A DNA stretch of 64,000 bases, taken from the NCBI GenBank assembly GCA_964016885.1, contig OZ024740.1, positions 229,090,001 to 229,154,000 on the forward strand, read 5' to 3'. The position numbers were made by a program, and so were the translations under genes. The stretch's first letter is position 1. Each line of letters opens with the position of its first letter. Shown piece after piece: positions 1-17,595 of the stretch. Source of the stretch: Eledone cirrhosa. Taxonomy: Eukaryota. The notes below the pieces were generated by a model. The model was not told where the DNA came from. It did no database searches and was given only the letters and a program-made list of their open reading frames with translations.

Positions 1-1
1 T

Positions 2-1795
2 AACAACACAAGTCATACGACAAATAACCACATCATCTCCGGACCCTGTTCGACAGTTCGTCATAAAAATGTTGACATTTTCTCAACATCCTCCGTGGAC
101 TATTCAATGGTTCACAATTCTTGTATGAACGACGACAAGGAGAATACACCTCCGTCTCAAAACATGGATTATGATTTGGAAAGTTTATGTAGCAGTGGTG
201 CTAACAACACTGGTGTTAACATGGTGAATTCATCAGTTATACAACCGCACCACATGCACTACCATCAACAACAACAACAGCAACAACAACAGCAGCAACA
301 ACAACCACATCATTCATCATTACTACACCACCACAATCACCACCCACATCCTCATCACCATTACCACCCTCCTCCTCAACCTCTGCAAATGCAGGTCACA
401 ACGAGCAGTTGTTTCCTATACCCCGGGACAGACACGGGTACTTACACAAACAGTAGCCACTCGTCTGTACCTGGTGATAACAACAGCCAGCAGCAACAGC
501 AGCAACAACAACAACAGCAACAACAATCTTGTGCATTCAGTGGTAACAACAATGTACTCGTGCTTGGCTCTCAGGGCCAGACAATGTCTACATCGGTGGG
601 CAAATCTGCCATCAAGAGAAAGCGACCTTCTTACGAATCTCCAGATTCTGGTCAACCAATGATGATGATAAATGGTTGTAATGGTAACAGAGGCATAGTG
701 AATGGACATGGCAACCAGTTGGTTCCATCGTTACCCACTTCTGTAAGTTCTACTTCTCTTTCCTGTTCTTATTCTTCCGCCTTTAGTCCTGCCTGTCCGA
801 AAAGAAGTCGATTGACCGACAGTTTAGTTCTGGCGGACCACAATAACAAATATGACACATCCAACAGTGACGACGAGATGTCATCATCATCATCATCATC
901 ATCACAACCACAGCAGCAAATTCAACAACAACAGTTCCATCAGCAACATCACCCTCACCTTAACAACAACCATTCTTCTCACCACCAGTCACATTATCAT
1001 CATCATCATCACCATCCTCATCAACAACAACAACAACAACAACAACCCGTTGCTGATAGTACGTCGCAAATTAGCAACTTAGTGTCAATATTTCATTCTG
1101 GATTTTCTGGACTTTGTTCCACTGTTACTACACCAATTACTCACAGTGAGAACGACCATCATCGCAGTCAGCAACAACTACACCACGACCACCACCACCA
1201 CCATCATCATCAACTGCAGCAGACCAAAGACAGTGGCGGTGGTGGATATGATAGTGGAGGCAGTTTCATGACCGCCACCACAACTACAACCCCATCCAAC
1301 AACAACAACAATAGTAATAACGGCAGTTACTGTAGCACCACCCTTTCTCCCTCATTACATTATACTACGAACACTACTAGTACAACTACTACTACTACTG
1401 CTCCTACTACTATTACGAACTCTATAACTACAAACCAAGGTAACAACAACAACAACAACAACAGCAACAACAGTAATGGAATAACAACGATTAATAGCAG
1501 CAGCAGCACTCCTACCACTACGACAACGTCTACTACCACTACGACGTCGTGTACGACAAGTACAACGTCCAACAACAACAACAACAACAATAACAACAGC
1601 ATGAACAGCAGCAGCTGCAATTCAACGACGACGACGACGACGACAACAGCAAACACAGCCAAAACAACAGCAACAGCAACGTTGTCCAACAACCGGGTCG
1701 ATACCCTTTCGTCGTCGACGGCAGCTTGCAGTGCCCAGGTGAAAGACAATAGAATTGAGGCTAGCCTGAGGACAGTCATTGCTTTGACAGTCTGA
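2..1795 (+). CDS. IER5L: Immediate early response (IER2/IER5/IER5L-family) protein, 5'-truncated by the window edge
   Basis: The frame is open from nt 2 to TGA at 1793-1795, so the GTG at 95 is probably not the true start. It contains QISNLVSIFHSGFSGL, matching the conserved IER C-terminal motif (xxxNLISIFGSxFSGL), plus a DKEN box, a basic KRKR patch and a hydrophobic end (RTVIALTV). No introns are apparent, as typical of IER genes. The N-terminal IER domain would lie upstream of the window. Confidence 0.8.
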   Translation, partial: NNTSHTTNNHIISGPCSTVRHKNVDIFSTSSVDYSMVHNSCMNDDKENTPPSQNMDYDLESLCSSGANNTGVNMVNSSVIQPHHMHYHQQQQQQQQQQQQQPHHSSLLHHHNHHPHPHHHYHPPPQPLQMQVTTSSCFLYPGTDTGTYTNSSHSSVPGDNNSQQQQQQQQQQQQQSCAFSGNNNVLVLGSQGQTMSTSVGKSAIKRKRPSYESPDSGQPMMMINGCNGNRGIVNGHGNQLVPSLPTSVSSTSLSCSYSSAFSPACPKRSRLTDSLVLADHNNKYDTSNSDDEMSSSSSSSSQPQQQIQQQQFHQQHHPHLNNNHSSHHQSHYHHHHHHPHQQQQQQQQPVADSTSQISNLVSIFHSGFSGLCSTVTTPITHSENDHHRSQQQLHHDHHHHHHHQLQQTKDSGGGGYDSGGSFMTATTTTTPSNNNNNSNNGSYCSTTLSPSLHYTTNTTSTTTTTTAPTTITNSITTNQGNNNNNNNSNNSNGITTINSSSSTPTTTTTSTTTTTSCTTSTTSNNNNNNNNNSMNSSSCNSTTTTTTTTANTAKTTATATLSNNRVDTLSSSTAACSAQVKDNRIEASLRTVIALTV

Positions 1796-2760
1796 TCTCT
1801 GTTTAAGTAGTGGTAAATATAATATTTTAGAATGAATCTTGGCGTTTATATATATATATATATATATATCTATATATATATATATATATATATATATAAT
1901 GTATGTATAAGAGAGAATGAGTGCGTGTTTTATTAATATTTTTTTTGCCACCCCCGAAATGTATCATTCAATATTATATATATTTTTTTAGTGAAAAGAC
2001 ACACAAAAAAAAAAAATTATAAAAAAAAGAAAAGAAATTACGAATATTAGACAAGTCTTTAGTAACAATAACAACATTGACAAAAGTTATATATATATAT
2101 ATATATATTGATATATTGTAAGCAGTGTTAACCACAGAGGAGGTGAATGGGTTTTAAGCTAATATAGTTAGCTTATCAGTCATTCTAAATTTAAGTTGGT
2201 TCAAAGTGTGTGTGTGTGTGTGTCAAGGTCTGGAGTTATATATATCTGTATGTGTGTGTGTGTATATATATATATATATACATACATGCATACAATTATA
2301 TTTACACCTATTTCTTTTCTTTCCTCTTACGTCACTAGACCTGGCGTTCGCCTACACATAAAACACTAAAGCCTGCCAGGTGAGTTTATATTTCCTACAG
2401 TGAGAACATTGTAACCTCAGTGATATTATACAGTTATATAACAAATAAGGGAAAAAAAAAGAAAGAATATATTTCACGTGGCAGGCTTTTTTTTTTTTTT
2501 TTTTTTTTTTTTTACTCTCCTCTGTCTTTTGCTGTCTATCTATATACTATCACAAAAGACTTAAATAACAGATCCCCACCCTCCTATCGTCACCTCTCTC
2601 TCCCTTCCTTGTATTTAATAGGAAGTCCAAGAGTATTGTAACTTATCACAGCGGAAAAAATGCCACTAAATTATAAATGATTTTATTATAAATATTAACA
2701 GCTAAAACAAGTTTATAGAAAGTAAAGGAAAAATTAATAGCAAATAAATTGCATAAATTA
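1796..2760 (+). promoter_or_regulatory. Probable AU-rich 3'UTR of the IER gene with a candidate polyA signal AATAAA at 2743-2748
   Basis: U/A-rich sequence with ATTTA motifs after the stop codon. The transcript end is inferred, not observed. Confidence 0.3.
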
Positions 2761-4068
2761 CATTTATTAATTGCTTTTTCACTTTAAAAAAAAAATTATA
2801 TAATATATATATATATATATTATATATATATATATAATAGGAAAAGGTATTTATATATTTATATATATATATATATAAGTACATAGTTTTTTTTTTTTTT
2901 GTTGTTTTTTTTTACTTATAACTGTGTGTATATATGCCCGTATATATATGTACATATATACACACACATGTATTTGGTTAGTTTCACAGACAATTCATTG
3001 TTCGAATTTTCCTCTCTCAATCTCGTATTTTTGTTTGTTTGTCCTTTCTTTCTTATCTTCTCTCTTCCTTTCCCTCAACCATATATATATGCTCACCCTA
3101 TTATCCTTCGGTCATTACACTATTTTTCCTTTTTCTTTTACATTTATTTATTCATCCCCTTTAATATCCTACTTTTTAACCCTCTTCCTGTTTAAAGACC
3201 GTATATTTTATCATGCCACCAGGTGTGAATTAGACAAAAGAGCACTATTGTTTTGGTTAGAAAGTTTTTTAAAAAAAGAAAAAAAAAAAAAGTTCATAAT
3301 TAAAATTCCTAAAAATTCAAATCAGTTTATTATTTTTGAGAAAAACATTTTAAGTTTTACGTTAAAATTCTTCGTCCCGCTAAAACAAACAAAACATTTA
3401 TATAACTGCAGTTTTCAAACTTTTTCTATTTATTTTACTTGCCCCTCCCTCTTGTCCAAACTTCCCCAAGAGTTGGAATTGTTAAAGGTTTAGTGGGGGG
3501 ATGGGAGGGGGTCAAGCGAATATATTAAACAACAAATGGTTCATTCCGGATATGGGGGTCGGGGTTCACATTTTTTAAATAACTTTTTTTGTTGTTGTAT
3601 CTAACACTATAACTGGTTGGTACACGTTTGACCAATCCTTTGTTTAAGGGGGTGGTATTTATTCGCACAGATAAAAGTATGCTTCCGTGTTTAAATGTTC
3701 TCTTTGTGGGTGTGAGGGACGAGTTACTACTCTTAGTCTGGGTTTAAACATTTTAAATATCTATATATATATATATATTTATTTATATATATATATTCAA
3801 TCTCTTGCATTGTTCATTGCGCCCATTATATATAAAATAAATAATCCTTTGTTTTTATAAACTTCTGTTATCAATAACACGGAAGCCGTTAAACACACGC
3901 GCACATGTGTAAACCTGTGCGTGTGTGTTTGTGTCTGTGTGTGCGTGTATATCTGTATGTGTAACCGGCTGTGACGAACGAAACGAATCGACAAATTTAA
4001 GGCTCTAGTTAAGAGGCGAGGGAGTGGTAACGAAGCTAACAGTTCTTGTCAGCCCATAGTAGTAAGAA

Positions 4069-4111
<43 letters not shown>

Positions 4112-4612
4112 TCATTAATTGTAATGATCCAGACAATTAGATTTCGTCTGGCTTCGCCGCAATCCACTCAGTGAATTTACAAAAATCGTATGTTGTAAAT
4201 ACGAATCTGCAAATCGGTGACACTACTTCGTTACATAGTGGATAAACGGATTAATGTGGGAACAAATATATATATATTGAGCTGACTAATAGCGAAATGC
4301 GCGTCACCAACCAATATACATATATAATCACTTGTGGAACGACGACAAATCCAACCACTCTTTACTTCTTTCACTCTCTCTCTCTCTATATATATATATA
4401 TGACAAATTATAATATCAATCCACTGGGAAGCCTTTCTTTCTTTTCTCTTCCTCCTTAACGTTTACTTCCTTTATAAATATTTTTTTTCATCGTCACACA
4501 ATAAGGAGTAGCTCACTGCGTCTGATTTCTTTGTTGTCTCTCTCTCTCTTTCTCTCTGTTTCTCATGAATTGTGTTAATCTAGGCTTGCTGAGTCTATAT
4601 TATTATATTACA

Positions 4613-4730
4613 CTGAGTTCAAATCCCGCCGAGCTTAACTTTGCCTTTCATCCTTACGGGGTCGATAAAATAAAGTACCAGTAATGCACTGGATAGTTGC
4701 TGGCCTTGTGCCAAAAGTAGAAACAATTAT
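4613..4730 (+). mobile_element. tRNA-derived SINE family A, 5'-truncated
   Basis: B-box GAGTTCAAATCCC, central GCCTTTCATCCTTACGGGGTCGATAAAATAAAGTACCAG, tail GGCCTTGTGCCAAAAGTAGAAACAATT. Confidence 0.85.
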
Positions 4731-4910
4731 ATTACATACGTACGTCAACATAGTGTTCTTGTTTACACAGGTTCTCTCCACCGAGGTCAACTTTGCGCAT
4801 CATTCTTCCAGGGTCATTAAAATAAAGTACCATCAGCCAAGTGGTGGGGGTGGGGGCGATTTAATCGGCTATCCACCTCTCTTTCCTGCCATGTGCTTAT
4901 GTTACAATAC

Positions 4911-4959
<49 letters not shown>

Positions 4960-5053
4960 GTAGGATCCTGATGTAAATCGGGAATCGACCACTGTTAAAA
5001 AGGGTACTCAATACGTTAGTAGAGTATAGGTATATTCGTTTTATTATAGAAAT

Positions 5054-5104
5054 GACTTCAACAGGACTAGAGCTGTTTCATTCGTAAGAAATCATCAGCA
5101 TGTT
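5054..5104 (-). ncRNA. Hammerhead ribozyme motif with degenerate helix I
   Basis: Minus strand reads CTGATGA-TTTC TTAC GAAT-GAA-ACAG(CTCTAGTC)CTGT-T-GAAGTC. Related sequence occurs at 31750-31842 and 39640-39812. Confidence 0.55.
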
Positions 5105-5845
5105 TGTATAATAACGTTCTGATCCATTTGGAGTCCTTAACTAGTTTTCACTTGATTAATTACTTACTTCTGCACACTTATTTCCCTTTCTTCCGATTTA
5201 CCTGTTGCTCTCTTGTCTTTAAGTTGTCAGTGTTTTTTCACTGAACACAGTGATTGTCCCGCCAATATTAACGACTATCCTCCAACGACTTGTGTGTCTA
5301 AACAAGGGCAATAAACACCACTTTACTAGTTTTCTTACCTCTATGCATTCTATAGATGACTTACTTATTTCAATAGTTTAGCTTTATTATGCCTTTCAGC
5401 CTATTTTATTCGGTAATGCTTTGTTCCAGTCTCATTATTTTATTTTATTTTTCTCTTTTTCTGGAATATATATACCCTATGTTTTTCATATAGACAGCAC
5501 GTGTCTGTGTTTTGAAGCTGATCTGGCTGTGTGCTGCTAATCAGTATATATTTCACGTTGTCAATGAAATATATTTTACGAAGTGACACTGTAGTTACTA
5601 GGGCTGTTGGGGTTTTCTAACCTTACAAATAAGTTTATTTTATATGCCAACTAATTTATATTAAAATTATTTTATAATTCAAGGTTAATAATGGTTCACT
5701 CATTTTGTTTTTATCTTTTGGCGATAACTGCTTTTCCTAATGAAAAAGCATTCTCAGAATATAGTAATAATTTACATATTTCTTTTGAAATATCCCGTAG
5801 ATTTCTAAGAAATTTTGATTTCTCAGAATATTAACTGAAGTGGTC

Positions 5846-5895
<50 letters not shown>

Positions 5896-7964
5896 TTGTG
5901 ATGTCGACTGCACCCACCAGCTTCATGTTCTTGGTTCATATTTGTTTTAAGTGGAAAGATAAAACTCTTGAATACTTTCTAATTTATTTCTTGGTTAAAA
6001 GTGTTGTAGTAATTTATATAAGAACGTTATACGATAGGTATTATACAATGTAGGTGCAGCTTCTTAGTAATTCTCTCCCTTTGAATACTAGTCTTCGAAA
6101 CATCACGGTTCCAAAAAAGGACATGAATTACACACCGATCTTATGTTGTGGTTAACTTATATCATGTATTCTTTAAGTAGAAAATTTAGTCAACGATAAA
6201 CAAAGATAGGAAAGATATTTCTAGGGCAATTTTTAAGCCTGGCGGAGCTCATCTCCTCTCCAGAGAATAGGTACATGCACTCTGTTTAAACAATTCTGCA
6301 CTTTTGGTGAATATTTAGTCTTTTACAATAAGGTGACTCCCAGCACAAACTGAATGCTCTTGTTACATTTTAAAAGGAACTGCATATTTTTAGTATGATT
6401 TTAGTTTCATTATATCATATCTTTATTTCTTTATTTACGTTAACATCAGTATGTGACACAGGAATAATTAACTGTATATGTATATTTAACATGCTAGGCA
6501 GATGACATCTATTTTAGCAGTGAGACAAAAGTAAATCAAGATTTGATATATCGAAATTATTATAGTTTTTTTTCTTTTCTCTTTGTGGAAAATGACTACT
6601 GTTGGCGATTTTCTTCTTAAACTGAATACGTGTTACATTGTGCACATGTATCGTTGTATATAGTTGTTTTCAACAGTCTAGCTTTACTTTAGAACTGGTT
6701 TACTATTTTCTTTCTACATAATTCTGTTCGGTTTAGAAACTCAACCATTATAAGAAACGGCAAAAATAGTTCTAGGAAATATTAGTTTTCTTTTGTTTTT
6801 CTTTTAACCCCGACAGAAAGGCATGTGGCCCTATTGTGAATCAGTCTATTAATCAACTCAGTAGTATGTAGAACATGTAAAGATATTGAAGACCCTTTCT
6901 ATTACACTGGAGGGGAGTGTCCGAACAATCGTTTCAATTCATTAAATGCAGGAGTTAGTAACTAATTCTAAACTATTCCACTGATATGAGAATTGCCACT
7001 ATACAATGGTTCACGCCTGTCTTCCAGCATATTGATGCCCGCGAGTGACAGCAAAATCCACTACTAAAGTTCACATACACAACATATGCATCAACTTAAG
7101 GGATGCATTCAGCACAACAAGCCCGTCAACCCTTAATTCAGGGATCTGGTTGTAGTTCATGTACTCGTTTATACTTTTCTTGCCCCTCTCTTCAAAGCTT
7201 CAAAGTAATTTATCTATATATAATTATGTACACAAACCTATTCACCATCATCAACACAAGTTGTGAGATTCATAGTCGAACAACTCCAGTTGTTCATAAT
7301 CGGTGGAGTAACCGCCACCATGGATATGGACTCAATATATGATTATGCTAACATAATAATCAGCTCTAGAGCACAACCTCTCTTGTATAACTATCATTCA
7401 ACCCCAACTTGGCACCACTGAAGAACCTCATCTGAGGAACTAACACAACCAACACTGCTGATTGTCATTTTATCGAACTACCTAGCAATGTTGGTGGATT
7501 TCCTTTAATAGATCACAAAAGTACCACTTGTTGAGGTATGAAAGCCACGACAGAGGCTCTCATCTAACTGCATTAGTGTTTCTTTAGATGCAGCACAATT
7601 TTTATCTGTAAGCTTGTTCATATCCCAATTTCGTGCACATAACTATATATTTTCCTAGTCCAACACACGATTTCCAACATCAACGAACACAACACAAAAT
7701 GCCACATTGAAACTAACGTAAAACAACGCAAATAGCTGGTATTTACTCTTTTACTGTGTTGCCTGTTCCAGCCGACTGGCTGAGGCCATGCTGGGGCTTT
7801 ATATATAATTATATACAACAGATTTGTTTATATTCCATATATTATCAATTATATAACATCTCAAGTCAGTAATAGCGTTTCACTCTCCTTAGCCGGTACA
7901 AGTGGTCCCGTGATCGACAAATAGAACTAGAACTGAGTCACCTGTCATAGCTTGTTTCACACAC

Positions 7965-7995
<31 letters not shown>

Positions 7996-8082
7996 TGTAA
8001 AATCCCGACTGCGGCGCCAAGCAGTTTCAGCTTGTGTGTTTAGCAAGCCCCCGTGATTGGGGGTGTCCCTGGTATCGGCACC

Positions 8083-8124
<42 letters not shown>

Positions 8125-8578
8125 TCTATCTCTCCGTAAAAAGTCACTTCAACCTTTTTTTTTTATCCGAATATGGACAACCCTGAAATCAGACGTTAGA
8201 TGTATTTAAGATTTGGTATGTTTTATTTTTATGGTGAGTTGTTCTGGTTTGTTTCGGCTTCTCCCATCTTTGTTTTAAGCTTCTTTGTGTAATCTCACTT
8301 GTCTTTTAGTTAGGGCATTAGGTTGGTTTTGTCTCTTACTCCCTTTTTCCTCTCACAATAAATACATCACCACCTCCACCTTCGTTGCCGTCGTCGCGGT
8401 TATCGTATCTTCTCCCACCACCGTCACCTTGTTGAAAGGCTCCTCTGTATTACTCATCAAGTAAGGGTGTACTCTAAAGTGGTGGTGGCAGTAGACGTTT
8501 AGGCGTTGTGTGTCTGTGTGAGAGAGAGAGAGCAAAAAGGTGTGGTGGTGAGGGAGTGAGTAGTCGTCGCCACCACCG

Positions 8579-8621
<43 letters not shown>

Positions 8622-9244
8622 TGAGAGTTAGACTGTATTTTTTTTGTTTGTATGACGCTCACCGACGTGGTGGATAAGTAAGGGTTTGGGAGTTGGAAGG
8701 GTCGCAATGCTGGCTGAAAGAAATCCAGGAAAGACGGATGGGGGTGATGAACGAGTGGCGTTCAGCATAGAGGGAGTGTTGTGTTCGGTTGTATGGTGTG
8801 GGGTGCTAGCCAACTCAACCCAAAGGCAATCTTTCTTCACAACACACAGTTCAATGTAACTCACTGACTCGCAAATCTCTCCCCATTCTCACTCACATTC
8901 TCTCTCTTTCTCCCACTGTCTCTGTGCACCCTTTCTTTCTCCACCCCCTCTCTCACCACTGCTGCTTACTTCATCACAATAACTATTTAGAACTCCCCCC
9001 CCCCCCCCTCAATCCTATCTCTATTTCCTACCCACTCTCGCTCCACTACTCTTTCTCGTCTCGTTGCTTCTTCCCTACTCGGTCGTTTCTTTTCGTTTTT
9101 TTTCCTCCACGTTACTTTTTGTTTGTTCCTACCGTACATATTTGCCCGTGGAAAGTTTGAGAGATAAAGGAGAGAGAAAATGTTTAGATGGAAAACTCTT
9201 TGTCTTCATATCTAACAAAGAAAGAAGACATTAAGGTGATTTTT

Positions 9245-9275
<31 letters not shown>

Positions 9276-9472
9276 TTTTAAAAAGAATTTATATAAAAAA
9301 GTAAATATTAAATATGGACATTAAAGAATATGTATACACAATATATGTATAAATATATGTGTGTAGCATAAATATATTAAATATATGTATAGATATATAT
9401 CATATATAGTATATTTTGATATTATATATAATACATATCTATATAAATATATATACATTATAAATATATACG

Positions 9473-9516
<44 letters not shown>

Positions 9517-10111
9517 TATAATTAATAAATAACTATGATTAAGTGGCAAAGGTTAAACAAGTTTCATAACACCACCCCCGCCCCTCATATAGTAAAAACA
9601 AATAACAAATCTTTATTAAAACATTGTCTAATTGACTATTTAATTGAGGAACTCTCTTGTAAATGAGAGAAAAAAAACACGTCCAGAGGTGGGACTTAAC
9701 TGCCACCTTCATTGAGTATATGTGCGACTGCATAGAATGCCTGTTATATTTTGTGTGAATGAACAAATATAAAAGAAATATAAACACACACATATATAGT
9801 ATATATACATATATGGGTGTGTATATATGTATATATATACATATACACACATGGAATAGGCGCCTGTATATATATGTATATATATATACGTATATATATA
9901 TACATATATATAAATATATATAAAATATAAAGAAACTATATGTACATACAAATGGAGAATCTGCATTGTATAAATTATATTTAATTACATTCTATCAAAT
10001 GTGACACACAGAAGATGAATGAATAAAAATGTATTTTCATCAAAAATAATGTATTTGTTATTATTTTACATATATTTTCTAAACGTTTTATCACTTTGCT
10101 TGTTTGTTGGA

Positions 10112-10420
10112 CCAACCGTCTGTTGGAAGAGTCCACTGTGTCTCTACCAGTGGTATGGTAAGTTATATTATGGCCATGACCGACCGTCGGAAGAGTCCTG
10201 TTTGTCTTCACCAGTGGTAAGATATATTATGTCCATGACCGACTGTCGGAAGAGTCCAATGTGTCTTCACCAGTGGTAAGATATATTATGTCCATGACCG
10301 ACTGTCGGAAGAGTCCAATGTGTCTTCACCAGTGGTAAGATATATTATGTCCATGACCGACCGTCGGAAGAGTCCAGTTTGTGTCTCTACCATTGGTAAG
10401 TTATATTATGTCCGTGACCA
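10112..10420. repeat. About 59-bp tandem minisatellite, about 5 copies
   Basis: Unit CCATGACCGACCGTCGGAAGAGTCCAATGTGTCTTCACCAGTGGTAAGATATATTATGT. Confidence 0.9.
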
Positions 10421-10539
10421 AAACATTTAATTATCGGCCAGAGGTGAACCCAGTTGGTACGGGTCAACAATTCTGAAGCAGCCTATTAGCCTCAAAGCCC
10501 CAAGTTTCTTATTTCGGTTTCTTTGGCATTAAGCGGCTA

Positions 10540-10685
10540 CAAGAACAAGAGATCAGCCCATTTCAGGGTTAATTTTCAGCTGAGTGTACCGGAGCAGCAT
10601 GAAATGAAGCTTCCGGTCCAGGAATCGAACCGTCGACTTTACGATCGTAAATCCAACACCTTAACCCTTAGGCCACGCACCTTCT
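10540..10685 (-). mobile_element. tRNA-derived SINE family B (CORE-like)
   Basis: Reverse complement of GCGTGGCCTAAGGGTTAAGG...GGTTCGATTCC (A/B boxes) followed by TGCTCCGGTACACTCAGCTG. Confidence 0.7.
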
Positions 10686-11307
10686 TTTAACTTTAACATA
10701 TCTTTGCATCAAATTTTAGTTCTTCCATTTGTTTTCTGTTATTTAAGTACATCATATGTTACATGTAAATACTCATACGCAAGTACACCATATATAGTAC
10801 TTGTAAATACTCATATTCTACACACAAATAATACGTAAGTATATCATATATATGACATGTAAATACTTATAAATCATAAATATTACTAAAATATTGAGTG
10901 CAATTTGAAACGAAACTTACATATTACATCTGGCCTGGGGTTTTTATCAGCTTTGTACAGGCACCTTCATTATATTGTGTATACAATCAAACAAGAACAA
11001 TGTGAAACTATTTATCAGCTAGAGACTTGATTTGTTAGAAATAACAGCCAAATAGCCCTAAAATTAGACAACACCGTCTGTAATGAATTATATCTGGTAC
11101 ATATATAAAAGGTGCGATGGTCACTACAGGAATGCCTTAGAATGGTCATAGGTCTCGATCAGGACAACAACATATTACTGCAAACAATGGAGGCATTGTG
11201 AAACTATCAAGGGATTTTCATTAGCCATGAAAGTGATCTTGTAGACTGTCGATCAAATTGATTGTTGTGAGATGTAGCTATGACGAGCTGAAGGTGAATA
11301 TCTAGAC

Positions 11308-11556
11308 CAGCGTTTCTCAACCTTTTTACCCTTGTGAAACCCTTGAAATACTTTTCATGTTTCAAAGAACCCCTGCATAAAAATGATATACTATTATTAA
11401 CTATTTCTTTTAGAGGCTGAAGTCTTTCCAACATGTACGTGTATGGTAAAATTACGACTATAAAATTAAACAAGAATTACTCAAATACATTAGCCTATTT
11501 ATCTCCGTTTGTTGCGGAAACCTAGGGTTCCGGGGAACACCGGTTGGGAGATGCTG
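11308..11556. mobile_element. hAT-type MITE
   Basis: Terminal inverted repeats CAGCGTTTCTCAACC / GGTTGGGAGATGCTG. Confidence 0.7.
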
Positions 11557-11842
11557 ATCTGATTGTCAGTCAATTTGAGATTGTTGTGAAGTGTGCACAA
11601 GTCTTACATTTCATTCAGTTTCTTGCTTTTCATTAGAAGACCAGTCTGACAACATTTTTCTGTACTCTGTTCAAGGACAATAGCTTGAAACGATGGATTA
11701 ACAGTTGCCAATTTGTTCACTACCGATACCTCTTTTATTGAAATTAATTTTTCAATGGATCTCCCACAGCAATTGCTTTCTCTGTTCCCAGATTGTTGCT
11801 ATACAATTGTTTAACACCAGCACTTGACCATTTTCTACCCTT

Positions 11843-12122
11843 AGTGTAGGTGTCACAATAAAAAGCACCCATCCCACACTGTAAAGTCGTTGTGTAGGTG
11901 TCACGACAAAATACACCCAGCCCACACTGTAAAGTGATCGTGTTGGTGTCACGACAAAAAGCAGCCAGTAAATTTGGTTTGCGTTAGGAAGGGTATCCAG
12001 CCATAAAAGCCAAGCTAAAATCAGTTCTATATGAGCAAAACACGGTCATCTGACCTGGCTTGTCTCACAACGGGACAACTCGTGTAACTCATGCTAGCTT
12101 GGAAAAATGGACACCCAATGGC
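11843..12122 (+). mobile_element. Interspersed retroposon family C with internal tandem subunits
   Basis: GTGTAGGTGTCACGAC..AAAAGCACCCAG..CACACTGTAAAGT subunits followed by GTTAGGAAGGGTATCCAGC. A homologue lies at 45690-45983. Confidence 0.7.
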
Positions 12123-12539
12123 GTATACATAATAGATTCTTTTTTTTTGTTGTTGTTATTTTTTTTTTTGATTTTTACACTACATGAAATGTTCAATTTA
12201 GCTCATGGACCATCAATATTAGCTTTGCAGGACCCCACGTTAGGAAGCGTTTCAGTAGACATTCAACACATGATAATTCAACTTAACATTCTACAAACTC
12301 TTAGGATTAATTCTTGCTGGGGCTGTCTTTCACCAGTTTCCTCAAATTTCGAATTTTACCCTTTGTAGAGCTAAGATCATGAAATGGTCTCTACAAGGCT
12401 GACATGCTGTATGTAGGAATATATATATAACCTAATATATTCCTTCCATATATTGTACCGATTGTGTTATTTCTGTTTACCTTTTACATATATATATATA
12501 ATAGATATTGTTTAATGTTATTCTTATACAGAAACTTTA

Positions 12540-12757
12540 GGGCGGTGGATTGGCAGTACCAGTAGAGGGTCGGACGCCATGCTTTGCTGCATAGAGTAAC
12601 GGCCCTTTATGATTTGAGTTCAAATCCCGCCAATGTTAACTTTGCCTTTCATCCTTACGGGGTCGATAAAATAAAGTACCAGTCACGCACTAGGGTCGAT
12701 TTAATCGACTTTCTCCTCCCTAGAATTTCTGGCCTTGTCTTTATATAAGAAACCATT
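12540..12757 (+). mobile_element. SINE family A, full length
   Basis: GGGCGGTGGATTGGCAG head, B-box, conserved central block and tail. Confidence 0.9.
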
Positions 12758-13023
12758 CTTATAGAGAAACTGCGTAATACGACGGCTGCAGCTTGAAAAA
12801 GTCCGTCTCCCACATACTGATATTTAGTGTGTTAGAGGTTGGGATATATAGATGATGTCTGAGGTAGGGATTGTGGAGGATATCTTAGTTCTAGTATAGA
12901 TATTTAGTTCATGATTGGCTTTGTTATAATGAGTGTATTAGTTACGAGTTTGGAATTTGATGGTCTTATCCAATAGGTGTTATGTTTATTGTTGGCTTTG
13001 TTTTCTGAGTGTATTATTTACAT

Positions 13024-13142
13024 CTGAGTTCAAATCCCACCACGGGTAACTTTTCCTTTCATCCTTACGGGGTCGATAAAATAAAGTACCAGTAACATGT
13101 ACTGGGCTAGTTGCTGGCCTTGTGCCAAAAGTAGAAACAATT
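13024..13142 (+). mobile_element. SINE family A, 5'-truncated
   Basis: Same central block and tail as 4613-4730. Confidence 0.85.
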
Positions 13143-13454
13143 AGGGACATATAGGGACATTCAATAATTACTTTGCGTTTATTCTAGGTATATCTACGTT
13201 CAGATTTATGTATTGGACGGTCCTATTTGCTTACACACACGCACACACACACGTGTGTGTATATATATATATATATAGTTGGAATGTTAGAAGTTTAAAC
13301 CAGAAAGAGCTTAGTACCAGCTTAGTACTCTATATTTAAGAAAGTAGAGTGTAAATATTATAATGATTTTCTTATGCCCAACGGTAGGAGCTCAACCGTA
13401 GAGACGAAAATAATTATATATATATATAAAAAAGTCTAAAGTCTGTCTTGAGCC

Positions 13455-13680
13455 AGAAGGGTCATTTGGCCAGTGCTTATCCCGGTTTCATGGACTGAGA
13501 GTACAAGACTCCCTCTGGACAGGACGCCAGTTCATCGCAGGGTTAAACCTCCAGCTATTGCTGGTACTCATTTTCAGCTGAGTACACTGGAGCAACGTGA
13601 AATAAAGTGTCCGAGAATTGAACTCACAACCTTTCGATTGCAAGCCTAATGCTCTAACCAATAAGCCATGCGTCCTCACA
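13455..13680 (-). mobile_element. SINE family B (CORE-like)
   Basis: Reverse complement of GCATGGCTTATTGGTTAGAGCA...GAGTTCAATTC...ACACTTTATTTCACGTTGCTCCAGTGTACTCAGCTGAAAATGAGTACC. Confidence 0.75.
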
Positions 13681-13693
13681 CAGACACACACAC

Positions 13694-17595
<3,902 letters not shown>

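Noticed and set aside
5650-6200. Possible decayed Penelope GIY-YIG coding remnant upstream of the 5054 hammerhead (CNSCPF on the minus strand)
   Set aside because: Many stop codons and no unambiguous motif. It would need a tBLASTn or HMM search.
10112-10420. CRISPR-like array or tandem ribozyme
   Set aside because: Units are contiguous near-identical tandem repeats with no unique spacers, in a eukaryotic context. CGGAAGA has no matching GAAA or helix II.
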